Origin: Tetramitus jugosus | Taxonomy: Eukaryota > Protista > Heterolobosea | DNA: 64,000 nt | Assembly (NCBI GenBank): GCA_937625935.1 | Contig: OW569358.1 | Span: forward strand, 62,001-126,000 | Direction: 5' to 3' | Position numbers and translations under genes: made by a program | The notes under the pieces: model-generated | Told to the model about the DNA's origin: nothing | Database searches by the model: none | What the model saw: only the letters and a program-made list of their open reading frames with translations | Shown: in pieces, positions 1-9,887 of the stretch | Layout of the letters: each line of letters begins with the position of its first letter | How positions within the stretch are numbered: position 1 is the first letter of the stretch

Positions 1-2793
1 GCGCTTAGTCATTTGAATCTCAGCTTTGTCATGAGGATACAGGTCATTGGCCTTGCTTAGAACCTTTGAAAAGAAGGTCAGTGTGAGAACATTGAAGAAC
101 AAGAGTTTAGAATCACACTCTTCAGCCACCAACTTGATCATGTCAAGGATATACGAATTCACTTCTGGACTGTTCAAAATATAGTCTTCAAGAAGCAACA
201 TGTATGGTCGAACAGAGGATGCAGTAGCAAACTTTCGTTTGAATCTCTCTAAATCGAACTCAATTTGGCTATCGTATTGCTCGAGCTTCTCATCTTCAAC
301 AGGTATAGGTTGCTCCTCACCGTCATTTGATGTTGTACCCTTTTTCTTTTTGCTTTGCTTTTTAGTATAGAAGGTTTCGAACTTTTCTTCCTCGTTGCTC
401 TGCAATACTTCTAATAGATAGTGCACTAGCTCTACCATGTTAGTTAAGTAGTGTCTGGGTAGGAATGAGGGTTCAAATAGTCTGATCATTCTTGGAATAC
501 ATTCAATTCTTTTAGGTTCATACAAAATCTTATGAAGCATCGCTGATGCAATTTGAACGTAGTCTCTCTTGGGACCCTTCTGTTGGAACATAATGTGAAG
601 ACACAGTACGAATTCTTTCAAGAAATATGCAGATTGTGTCAAAGTGTTCCAGTCTTTTGTCTCATAGGCAAAATTGACTACTCGATCAAACAGATGCTGA
701 ATTAGCTCGGGAAGTTCGATTACGGCTGCGATACTGGATATGTCAAACGAGATATCTCGCACATACACAGTAGACAACCTCTCACTAATCTCCTTGTGAT
801 GCTCGAAGCTATGTCGATTAAAGTCCAGCATAAATGCGCCCAGGAATAAGAAGTTTGCTTCATGATTCGTATTGTCATTCGCTTCTTGTGTCAAGATTGA
901 TTCTCTCTGATAGAGAATCGATTCCCAAATTCTTTCAAAGAATGAGTTGAAAGAATGCTTATAGAATACAAATAAAAAGTCCTTCAAGATCTGTTGTGTT
1001 CTGATATTTAGGTTCGAATAGTATGGATCGCGAATTCTTTCTCTAACACTAACTTGTCTTGCAATCACAACATCTTCTCCGAGTAGTGGATTATCTGCAG
1101 TAAAAATTTGTCGAACTACCTTAACAGTGTTGGGTTGCAACATCTTCTTCACCTCCTTCATTGGATTATCAGTCTCCTGATCATCATCATCGTCATTGAT
1201 GGGGTTAGATTGGGATAGTGGAGTTATAAAATAGGAGCCAAATCTGGAGTGTCTTGATGAGAGAGATGCCTCTTGATTTTCCTCCTGCTCTTGTTGTGCA
1301 GATAATAACTTTCTGAGCATTGCTTGGTCGTGATCGCTGGCCTTTGGAGCAGAGGCGGTTCGTGTAGTTGAGGAACTCGATTTGGCAATAGGTCTAGAGA
1401 GAGCTTTCTCTGCTGCGAATAAACCCTCTGGTGTTTCACTGTTTATCACAAGACAAATGAATTGAAGGCATTGGAAATACCACTCAATGACTTTGCTTCG
1501 AGTAAAGTTGTTCTTACTGACTTTAGCGTCATACTTAATAAATAGTTTTTGAATCAAAGCATTGATGAACGTTAGCATTCTTGTTTCATCCATTTGCTTA
1601 ATCATGAGTTCATGCATCTGTGATATTTGGTCGTTGGAGGAAAGTACATTGCTTTTGGCATCTGGGATCTTCAATAAATTAACAAGCAGTTGAATGACGA
1701 GCATTGTATATTCTTCGTAGGATAAAAGGGAAGAAGATTGTTTTGTTTCTAGCAGGAAGCTTCATTTGATGGTTCGTGTGAGTACATATCGGACAACAAA
1801 CAAGAACTGTTCATATACATACTTATTGTCTAAAGTTTCATCGTCACCTGGAATTAGCGTTTCCATGAGTGAAGAGATGGAGTTTCTCAGCAGAAATCCA
1901 AGTTTCATTTCTTGCAAAATTCGATATTGATCTCTCAGATGGAACCGTTCCCTCTTCTTTGCCACTCTCTTGTGTGTGATTATATCTGATAAATGTTTTG
2001 GTGGTTGAGTCATGGTAACCATCAAGCTCACAGCAGCAAACAACATTTCCTGATTGTTGTTATCATGGGAATAACGTCTATTACATGCAACAATATTCAT
2101 CAATTCATTCTGAACAATCTTCCATTCTGCCAACTGTCTCCAAACAGCTCTATCCAGTGATTCATCATTTGTCACGGCCTCCTTTAGTCGATGCAGTCGA
2201 GGAACACAATCCTTGGAGTGATAAAAGATCTTTCCATCCAATGTACCAAGTCCATTCCTCATGGACTCCAACATTGGCTTCAACTCCGTATCAAACTTTG
2301 ATTTCTTCTTATTCAGTCGAGTCAGGAACTTTTCCTGCCGTTGTTCTCTCATCGAAGGCCCCACTCTTCTCTTATTTCCATTAGCATTGTTTGCTCCTTC
2401 ATCGTCCGCTGCTCCTTCAGCATCCGAGTCACTGTCAGAGCCATGCGCATTTGCTAGAGCCTGTGCAAACTTGTCACCCAGTTCATAGTAGGAAGGAACT
2501 GGAATTTGTTCCTCTTCGTCATCGTTCATCTTATCACCATCGAAATGAACTTCTTCTTCATCGTCAAAGTCAACGGTAGTTTGCTTTTCTTCATTCTTTC
2601 TTGTTTCTTCTTCATCTTCTAGTTCATCCTGTGAGGATTCTTCTTCAAATTCCAAGTCAGAGCCCTCATTGTTGTCCTTGTTGTGAACCTTTTGTTCGTC
2701 TTGGAGCTTGTTGTCATCATTGTCGTCGTCACTATTCTTTGGTGGAACGTACTTGATTTTCGGGTGCACCTGACTGGTCTTCTTGAGCCTCAT
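1..2793 (-). CDS. TIMELESS: Timeless/Tof1 replication fork protection protein (3' end runs off window; intron 1749..1822)
   Basis: Timeless N-terminal motifs (DCVPRLHRL..NDESLDRAVWRQLAEWKIVQNEL). A GTATGT..CTAG intron restores the frame to LLVNLLKIPD and the diagnostic RHSRFG motif, and the frame continues towards the window edge. Confidence 0.8.
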
Positions 2794-2969
2794 TCACACG
2801 TGTGCTGTTACTTGAATGTACGGATGCTTCTTTGCCCACAAAGAAATTATTCTTCCCGCCTCTTTCAACAGTCTTAATTTCGGCGGGAAACAAACATCAA
2901 ATAGGAGTAATTTTCTTCAATGAAGAACAATCAACGAAAAACAACCTGAAGAAAAGTTGACAAAATACC

Positions 2970-3626
2970 ATGATCGTAGATCACTTGAACAAACTCTTGT
3001 CTTGGAATATTGTTCTTGCGAGTGGAAGTCCCAGACGACTCCAAATCTTCCAACAGAACATGGGCCTGACCAACACTCGTGTCATTGCTTCCACTTTTGA
3101 CGAAAGTAGTTTGGACAAGTCTCAATTCGCTCATCCATCGCTGTTTGTTGTTGAGAATGCGAGACAAAAGGCCCTACAAGTTGCTTCTAGTCTGAAACAA
3201 CAAGAATCAACAAGCAGCAGTGCAAAGGTTGACTTGTTGGTGAGTGCGGATACGATTGTGTCATTTGGAGATGAAATTCTGGAGAAGCCAAAGAATGTGG
3301 AAGATGCGAGGAGAATGTTGAAAAAGTTGAGTGGGAATCAACACAAGGTGTACACTGGTGTTTGCTTTATGATTGCACCCAATGGCAACAATTCAGAAGA
3401 AGAACGATTGATTACGTTCGTGGAGGAGACTACAGTGATGTTTGATGAACTTGGTGATTCTGTGATTGAGGCCTACATTGAAACGGGAGAACCATTTGAT
3501 AAAGCAGGATCCTATGGGATACAGGAGAAGGGTGGAATGTTTGTCAAGGGAATAAGTGGATGTTACTTCAATGTCATGGGTTTTCCCATGCAGCGTTTTT
3601 CTAAAGAGCTCGCTAAAGTGTTGTAA
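2970..3626 (+). CDS. Maf-family dTTP/UTP pyrophosphatase
   Basis: Maf motifs IVLASGSPRR, SADT, EKP, LSG..H.V.TG, DKAGSYGIQ and NVMGFP. Confidence 0.93.
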   Translation: MIVDHLNKLLSWNIVLASGSPRRLQIFQQNMGLTNTRVIASTFDESSLDKSQFAHPSLFVVENARQKALQVASSLKQQESTSSSAKVDLLVSADTIVSFGDEILEKPKNVEDARRMLKKLSGNQHKVYTGVCFMIAPNGNNSEEERLITFVEETTVMFDELGDSVIEAYIETGEPFDKAGSYGIQEKGGMFVKGISGCYFNVMGFPMQRFSKELAKVL

Positions 3627-3759
3627 ACTAATTTGTTCTATTGTGTTGTTTTATTGGGTACTATCATGGTTGATAATGTAGTAGTTATTTGTGATAAACT
3701 GCAATGGTTGATTGACCGTGTCATTCGATGATGATGGAGATGTACTTGAAACTGGATCA

Positions 3760-5303
3760 TCAATTGACCGGGCTTTGAGGAGGGTTATCGAGGTGCGAAG
3801 GTTGGGTTGTGTTGTCCAGTTTTTGTTTTTTACTTGCTGGGTGTTCTGGCCTTCTCGATCTTTTATCGTTGGATGCTTGAGCGTTCGCAGTGGTCTTCTT
3901 ATGACTAGTTTTCAATCGTTGTCGTATTGTAAAATATTCCTCTTCTATCTCTAACAGCGTCTCCATACATCGCTTGATATCTAGTGTTTTGGAGAACTTT
4001 TGATCCATATTGCTGTGGAAGGTGTCAATCAGATTATTTGTTGCATCTTCGTTTGCCATACGACGTAGTTGAAACTTTGCCCACAGAGTGTATGGATATT
4101 TTGGATCTTCTTCCTCTGATCCCAACCATTCCTTAATAAAATATCGAACGAAATGTTCGTACCCAGGTTTTTCCTGATAGTGCAACACAAATTTCGTTCT
4201 CTCTTGAGCGAATGATTCCTCATCAGTGTATGCTGCCAATGCTTCTATTCTTTCGACTAAATCATTGATATTGCTTTCAATACTCATGTCTTCCTTGACA
4301 ACTTTCCCAAACTTGTTATGTTTCTGCTTGAGTATCGTCGCTATCAAGTGCGAAAGTGAAAAATTGCGACCGATAATTCGAGCATTGGGAAGTACTTCAC
4401 GAATGGCATTACACATGTCTTTTTCGAATTTGATAATGACGGAAACGGTCTTCTCCTTGAGTTGACAGATATTGGGAGCCGAATACCTTTCCTCGGTTGC
4501 CAACCATACAATGCAGCTCCACATTTCCTTGTATATCTTTTCGTTACCGGCTTTTACAAGAGTATGGACCAAAGGTAGTGCTTCACTCCAATTGCTCTTC
4601 TTGAGTAGCAAAGAAATCATTTTCTGTACGCCAGAAACATGCACACGATTAGTTACACATAGAAAAAACTGATCCTTGTTGGACAAGTTCCGTAAAAGGT
4701 CTAGTTGCCAATCTGCTGCCACTTGAAACAAGAAAATTGGCAAATTACGATACACACGAATATACTGTTGACCTCTGCAGTTATTTCGAAACTCTCCCCT
4801 AGAACACAATTCCTCAAAAGTATTGAGATTACTCTGCAAAGTACTCGACAAGGGAGCTCCAACAGATGAGTGAGAATGCACCACCTCTCTGTTATACCAC
4901 TTGCCATCAGCATGAACACGCTTCAATTCAGCCTTACATCCACTCTTTTGGTAGCTGCACCTGTAACGAGAATGTAACTTGTTTGTTTTATGATGTAACG
5001 TAACTCGTTTCCATCATAAACAAATGTTTTTCTCTTTGTGGGGTTTCCTTTTAATTTCTCAGGGGTTGTCTCACATTCTATCCATGGATAGAATGGAATA
5101 GTGTGACTTTGAGTCGTGCGACTAGTCTTCTCACACATCATTGGTTCTTCTTGTGATTTTGGTTCGTCATGCAATGCTTCTTCCCTTGTTGGAGGATCAA
5201 CAACTTGTTTATCTTCTTCTTCTTCTTCTTCTGATTCATGGCCACCACTATCATTGTCAAGATCAATGATCATCAATTGTTGTTGCTCATGCTCTTCATT
5301 CAT
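3760..5303 (-). pseudogene. Mutator (MULE) transposase-derived gene, catalytically dead, frameshifted near 5000
   Basis: Joined frames give a YRCSYQKSGCKA..HSH zinc finger plus MULE-like PLV..L...Y, KFEKDMCNAIREVLPNA and ATNNLIDTFH segments. A GTAAC-GTAAC duplication at 4995..5004 shifts the frame. Confidence 0.65.
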
Positions 5304-5483
5304 GGTTTTTCTAAAGTCGTGTTTTTTGATCCTGTACAGTTCCAGCAGCCACTCGACCTCGCCACACCACGGAAGTTCATCTTCCGATCGGAATTCTTCC
5401 CGTGTCGTGCACCCTTCAAAAAGCTTCCATGATCAAAGATCTTTGAGCCAAAGAAACCAGAAAAAAAAAACATACTGCAAAAC

Positions 5484-6113
5484 ATGTTTGGTGTTGTGAT
5501 TCCAGGTCTCACTTCCGTACTCTCCCATTTCCAACCATTGGGTACCCCGGATCAACAGCGTTTTGCCCTGTCGATCCCTCTTCCATTGAACTATATTGTT
5601 CAATCGTTGTGCGTGTTTTTGTTGCCTGGTCAGCAACAATTATTGCCCAGTACTCATGGATGCAGTATTTACTTGTCAAACAATGGTCAAAACTGGGAGT
5701 ACATGGGTTGCTTGCTCAATAACAAGCCCTCCTTGTTAATTAATCCGCCATTGACGTATGACAGCACCAGTCAAAATAATGGCGGATTTGGGTTCCTTCA
5801 ACCACAGTTACAGCAGCAACAGCAGCAGCAACAACATATGTTGCACATTGGAATATCGTTAGAGGGCTTGGATACGTTGAAAAATTTGGAAGATGGTCAT
5901 TTGAGAGCCGAGCAGAATCAAGCCAATCAAGTCGTTGGACTTGCAAAGTTTTTGGCACGAAACTTGTTCAATTATATGAGTTCGTTTATACGGAGAATGG
6001 ACAATAGGGATATGATTGTGTTACCGACGAATGCACTTGACACTTGGATGAATAAAATTATGTCCAAGTTGCAGAATGATCCCTATTTCTGGAAGAGAGC
6101 AACTGATCAATAA
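5484..6113 (+). CDS. HIKESHI: Hikeshi/OPI10 family Hsp70 nuclear import carrier
   Basis: MFG start, VFL, W.YMG.L.N.KPS, IGISLE, NLFNYMSSF and C-terminal DPYFWK. Confidence 0.9.
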   Translation: MFGVVIPGLTSVLSHFQPLGTPDQQRFALSIPLPLNYIVQSLCVFLLPGQQQLLPSTHGCSIYLSNNGQNWEYMGCLLNNKPSLLINPPLTYDSTSQNNGGFGFLQPQLQQQQQQQQHMLHIGISLEGLDTLKNLEDGHLRAEQNQANQVVGLAKFLARNLFNYMSSFIRRMDNRDMIVLPTNALDTWMNKIMSKLQNDPYFWKRATDQ

Positions 6114-6292
6114 GGAGTATGGAATGATGATGTAATGTTGGATCCAGTGCTTGATGGAAAGACAAAGAAGATTTCAACGGAAAGAAATCACTCTAGTGCT
6201 TTTGATGAAATTCACACGAGAGTGTGATTGTCATTTTGAGGGAGAATTGTGATTGTAAATTTGTAAAGGAGCGATAAATCCCAATTTTGGTT

Positions 6293-8341
6293 TCATTTTT
6301 TAATATTCAAGCAGGTTCTTCGCCAGACAAATGATCCTTGTTCGACGATTCTTGGTTCTTCCCTTTCCTCAAAGTATGTTTGGTTGCTCTTTCCTCCAGC
6401 ATTGTTGTTGTTGATGATGCTGTGCTCAGGAGTATTGATAGTGATCGAGACACTATCTTGATTTGCAGACTGGAGAGGAGTCTTATGTTTCGTGTACATG
6501 ACGCTGTTAAACAAGACCAGTTGCTCCAAGCGTTCAAACTGAGTTAATATGTGATCAGTTAATGGAATGATAACATTCTTGATGGTGACGTCTCTGGAAT
6601 TCAACTGTAGAACAGTTAATTGTTTCAGTTGAAACAGATGAGGAACCAAGTGAACAGAATCTGTTGATAGGGAGATGTTCAATCGCTTGAGATTAGGGAA
6701 TCGGTTCAGAACATTCGGATTGAAGAATTCTACTGGCATATTTTCCACCACAGAAAGAGAATGAATTCCTGAAGGAGAGTCAAGTATCTCTGCACTCTGA
6801 ACCAATTGATGAGGATCAGATGATTGCATCCCCATCACGAAAGATTCTTTGACTAGAGAGATGTTGTATCCGAGGCTCACTGATTTCAGATTCTGTCGAA
6901 AGATTGGAATGGCAATTGTAGAAGTCAATAATGCCTTAAACAACACGAGATTCTCCACCTTGCCATCTTCTTCGTCTTTCCAATCACTTAATTGGATTTG
7001 ACATCGAGATATTTTACCGATTGATAGCTCTCGAAGATTCAAATCTCTCAACAAGAAAGAAACGAGGTTCGAATTTGGCACGTTGCTCACATGAAGAACT
7101 TCTAACTTTGACCAGAGAGGCAGAAGGATGTTAGAGTCTGGGATATCCAATGTATCATCAATTTTCAACCGCTTCAAAGGAGGAATACTTGCGAGTAACC
7201 GAAGATCAAAGTAATCCAGTGAAACTTCGGACACTTTCTGCAAATGGTTTTTCGATTGCTGAACTACTTCTTCATTAGTCAGATGTCTGGTGTTCAATCC
7301 ATGGACTCTTTTCAGTTTGGATGGTGTGTACAACTGGGGTTGATAGCTATACTTGTTTTTTCTATCATCCTTGTGACGAATTTGGATTCCTTTACAATCA
7401 ACCAGTTTTGTACAGTAAGGAACTCGTTGTAACACTTTCCTGCACTCTGAAAAATCAATGTACTTGAAAATCATATAAACCTCTCTGGAGTTCTCATTTC
7501 GAACAAATCCTCCATAAAGTTGCCTCACAATCATTCTCTCAAGTGCTGCTTTCGGTGTCAAATGAAGGACAGAAGTCGGGTAATGATTTCCGACGCGAAT
7601 TTCCAGGAATTGTAAAATTTTGAGCGAAGGAAGAATTGGAAGTTGCCTCAGCCACTGGTCTCTATTGAGTGATAGTAGATACTTTGACTCTGCCATTCGA
7701 ACTTCTTCCATTTCTTCTGACGGGTACTCCTTGAATCGGATTTGTTGATCCCGCACAAACTCCACCTTCCTTTGAAGTCGCCCCTTCTTCTTCTCAGAAT
7801 AAGCCAAACAAGAGATCATGCAACATATAGTTAGGAACATGAGGCCAATAATGGAGAGAGTTGGTAATACACTCAACGTCATGGCGAAAAACACTGATTG
7901 TGTCACTCCTTTCCGCATTTTCACCTGAAACCGAAATGTTCGCGAGTGCACAGTATCCGTGTTATCAAACACAAACTCGATGGGTACCTGTTGAGAGAAC
8001 ACAAGTAGTTTTCGATTCACCTTTGTTCTCGAACCAATGGGCTTTTCAAAAAACACGTCCGATGTAGCGGGTGATGTCACTTTGAAAACCAAAGGCTCTC
8101 TCTGAGCACTGTTGTCCGGAGAAACACTCAAGTACAAGTAGTACCTTCGGAAGGGATCCACAAACGGAAGGCAAGTGATGCGATGTTGAGATGAAGGAGA
8201 AACTGTGACCATTCTTGAGATGGTTAAGCGACAATTCACCTCAGCGTCATGACTCATACAGTGAATATAGCTCGGGAGACAGGAGAAGAATAACGAGAGA
8301 AGCACAATTGAAAAGAGACCAAATTGTGTTGTTGTTGTCAT
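6293..8341 (-). CDS. Predicted single-pass membrane protein: signal peptide, beta-rich ectodomain, TM, F-box-like segment and LRR-like repeats
   Basis: Long ORF with hydrophobic N-terminus, a hydrophobic TM stretch followed by KKK, LRQLPILPSLKILQFLE and several LxxLxL repeats. Confidence 0.6.
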   Translation of the reverse strand: MTTTTQFGLFSIVLLSLFFSCLPSYIHCMSHDAEVNCRLTISRMVTVSPSSQHRITCLPFVDPFRRYYLYLSVSPDNSAQREPLVFKVTSPATSDVFFEKPIGSRTKVNRKLLVFSQQVPIEFVFDNTDTVHSRTFRFQVKMRKGVTQSVFFAMTLSVLPTLSIIGLMFLTICCMISCLAYSEKKKGRLQRKVEFVRDQQIRFKEYPSEEMEEVRMAESKYLLSLNRDQWLRQLPILPSLKILQFLEIRVGNHYPTSVLHLTPKAALERMIVRQLYGGFVRNENSREVYMIFKYIDFSECRKVLQRVPYCTKLVDCKGIQIRHKDDRKNKYSYQPQLYTPSKLKRVHGLNTRHLTNEEVVQQSKNHLQKVSEVSLDYFDLRLLASIPPLKRLKIDDTLDIPDSNILLPLWSKLEVLHVSNVPNSNLVSFLLRDLNLRELSIGKISRCQIQLSDWKDEEDGKVENLVLFKALLTSTIAIPIFRQNLKSVSLGYNISLVKESFVMGMQSSDPHQLVQSAEILDSPSGIHSLSVVENMPVEFFNPNVLNRFPNLKRLNISLSTDSVHLVPHLFQLKQLTVLQLNSRDVTIKNVIIPLTDHILTQFERLEQLVLFNSVMYTKHKTPLQSANQDSVSITINTPEHSIINNNNAGGKSNQTYFEEREEPRIVEQGSFVWRRTCLNIKK

Positions 8342-8767
8342 TGATTGACATTTGTTTTTGTGCGATTTCAACATCTGGTGTATTCAGCGATTGATGATTG
8401 AAGATATTACGACTGACCGCGGCTGGTTGTATTCGTTTTGGGTTGGATATGATGCGTTCGCTCAGGGGATGTTGGTTGATGTGGCGTAGTGAGGGTGTTT
8501 TTATTGGAGAGGTCAACACAAATGCAGAATCTAGGTCTGATGGGTGTGAGCTGTTTCAATTGGGTCGCAATATAAAAGAAGCTATTTGGATCCTGAAAGA
8601 ATTCTGTTGCCAAGCCTTTGATTAATGGTAGAGCTTTTTTTATTTCCTGAATAACATTCTTGGTTGACCAAAAGATCGAAATCAAACGAAAAGAACCTCT
8701 TCTTTATTTTTCACTTGATCAATCAATAAAATTTCGTGTATTTCATGTTGTTATGAATGCTTTGTTA

Positions 8768-9613
8768 TTATGGTAGGCTACTACTATGATCATCACCAAC
8801 CGAATTTTTTGTCACACTTGACACTGTTTGTATTCTGTGCTTGATAGCCTCCATCGAGTCCTTCATCACCGAATTCAATACCCAATTCTTGACCATTGAC
8901 GGAACATACAATGTGAATCCAACATTGAATGAATAGTGAGCTTCCGTGCCCTTCTCTCTCGCGAACAACTCCCATGCTCCATTGTTGGCCTCAAACGGAC
9001 CTTCCACTTGATTCCAAGTAATCTTTGCATACCGATTCGGTTCCAAGTGATAATCCAATCTCAATTTGTAAGTAAATGTCTTGAAAAAAGTCGATATAGT
9101 GTATTGTGCGATCCAAACTTGATCCATGCTCGGTAAACTTGTTTGGAGTAATTGTTGTGCTTGAGAAAGATGATGTGCATTGTGTGGTAAACTGCAGTGT
9201 TGTTGATGTTGTGAACCATGGCTCTGTCGTACCACAGGGAATTTTTCCAGTACGAGCACTTGCTTGTACACTGGGAGAAACTCTGGATATCGTTCCACGT
9301 CTGCCACTACTTGAAAGCACTGATCGACCGTACAATTTTCGACAAACATGGAGCTGTGAACTCCTGCTTTTCTTACCCCAGATACCGCGTCGACAGAGTC
9401 ATACAGTTCTCCATCTTGTTGTCCACTCTGAATCTTATGTGGTAGTGGTGGTTTTTCACCGTACAGTGTGTGCGCAGGTGACTGTTCGTGAAGAATTGAG
9501 TGAGAATCGGAATGGACATGTGAGTCTGGTTGCTCATGAATTCCTTTCGTATTGCTTACATTTGCGTTGTTGTTACTGTCCTTGCTCGCTCCGAACGAGC
9601 TAAACCATTTCAT
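8768..9613 (-). CDS. SRPBCC/START-fold (Coq10/polyketide cyclase-like) protein
   Basis: FQVVADVERYPEFLP and GPF..NNGAWEL motifs. Confidence 0.8.
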   Translation of the reverse strand: MKWFSSFGASKDSNNNANVSNTKGIHEQPDSHVHSDSHSILHEQSPAHTLYGEKPPLPHKIQSGQQDGELYDSVDAVSGVRKAGVHSSMFVENCTVDQCFQVVADVERYPEFLPVYKQVLVLEKFPVVRQSHGSQHQQHCSLPHNAHHLSQAQQLLQTSLPSMDQVWIAQYTISTFFKTFTYKLRLDYHLEPNRYAKITWNQVEGPFEANNGAWELFAREKGTEAHYSFNVGFTLYVPSMVKNWVLNSVMKDSMEAIKHRIQTVSSVTKNSVGDDHSSSLP

Positions 9614-9887
9614 GTTCTCTGTGAGTTGGTTGTACAAATGATATTGTATCAATAATTGAATGGCTCTGTGTCAGATAAAGTCCCCAAGTCAACCAACACG
9701 TATCGGCCTGCGCAGAATTGCATCGCGAGAAAGATCACCGCGGGGAGATCTCAGTTCCGAAATAATACCCGATTTCCTTAACGAGAACGAGGGAATACAT
9801 TGAAGGATATTCCAACTATGATTAATTTTTTAGATATCAAAGTGTGAGACGATAAGTATGAAAGAGAATGCACGGGATCCCTCTTTT

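Noticed and set aside
1439-1480. Possible 42-nt second intron in Timeless (GTATTT..CAG)
   Set aside because: The frame is open through it and the peptide (WYFQCLQFICLVINS) looks like a genuine helix.
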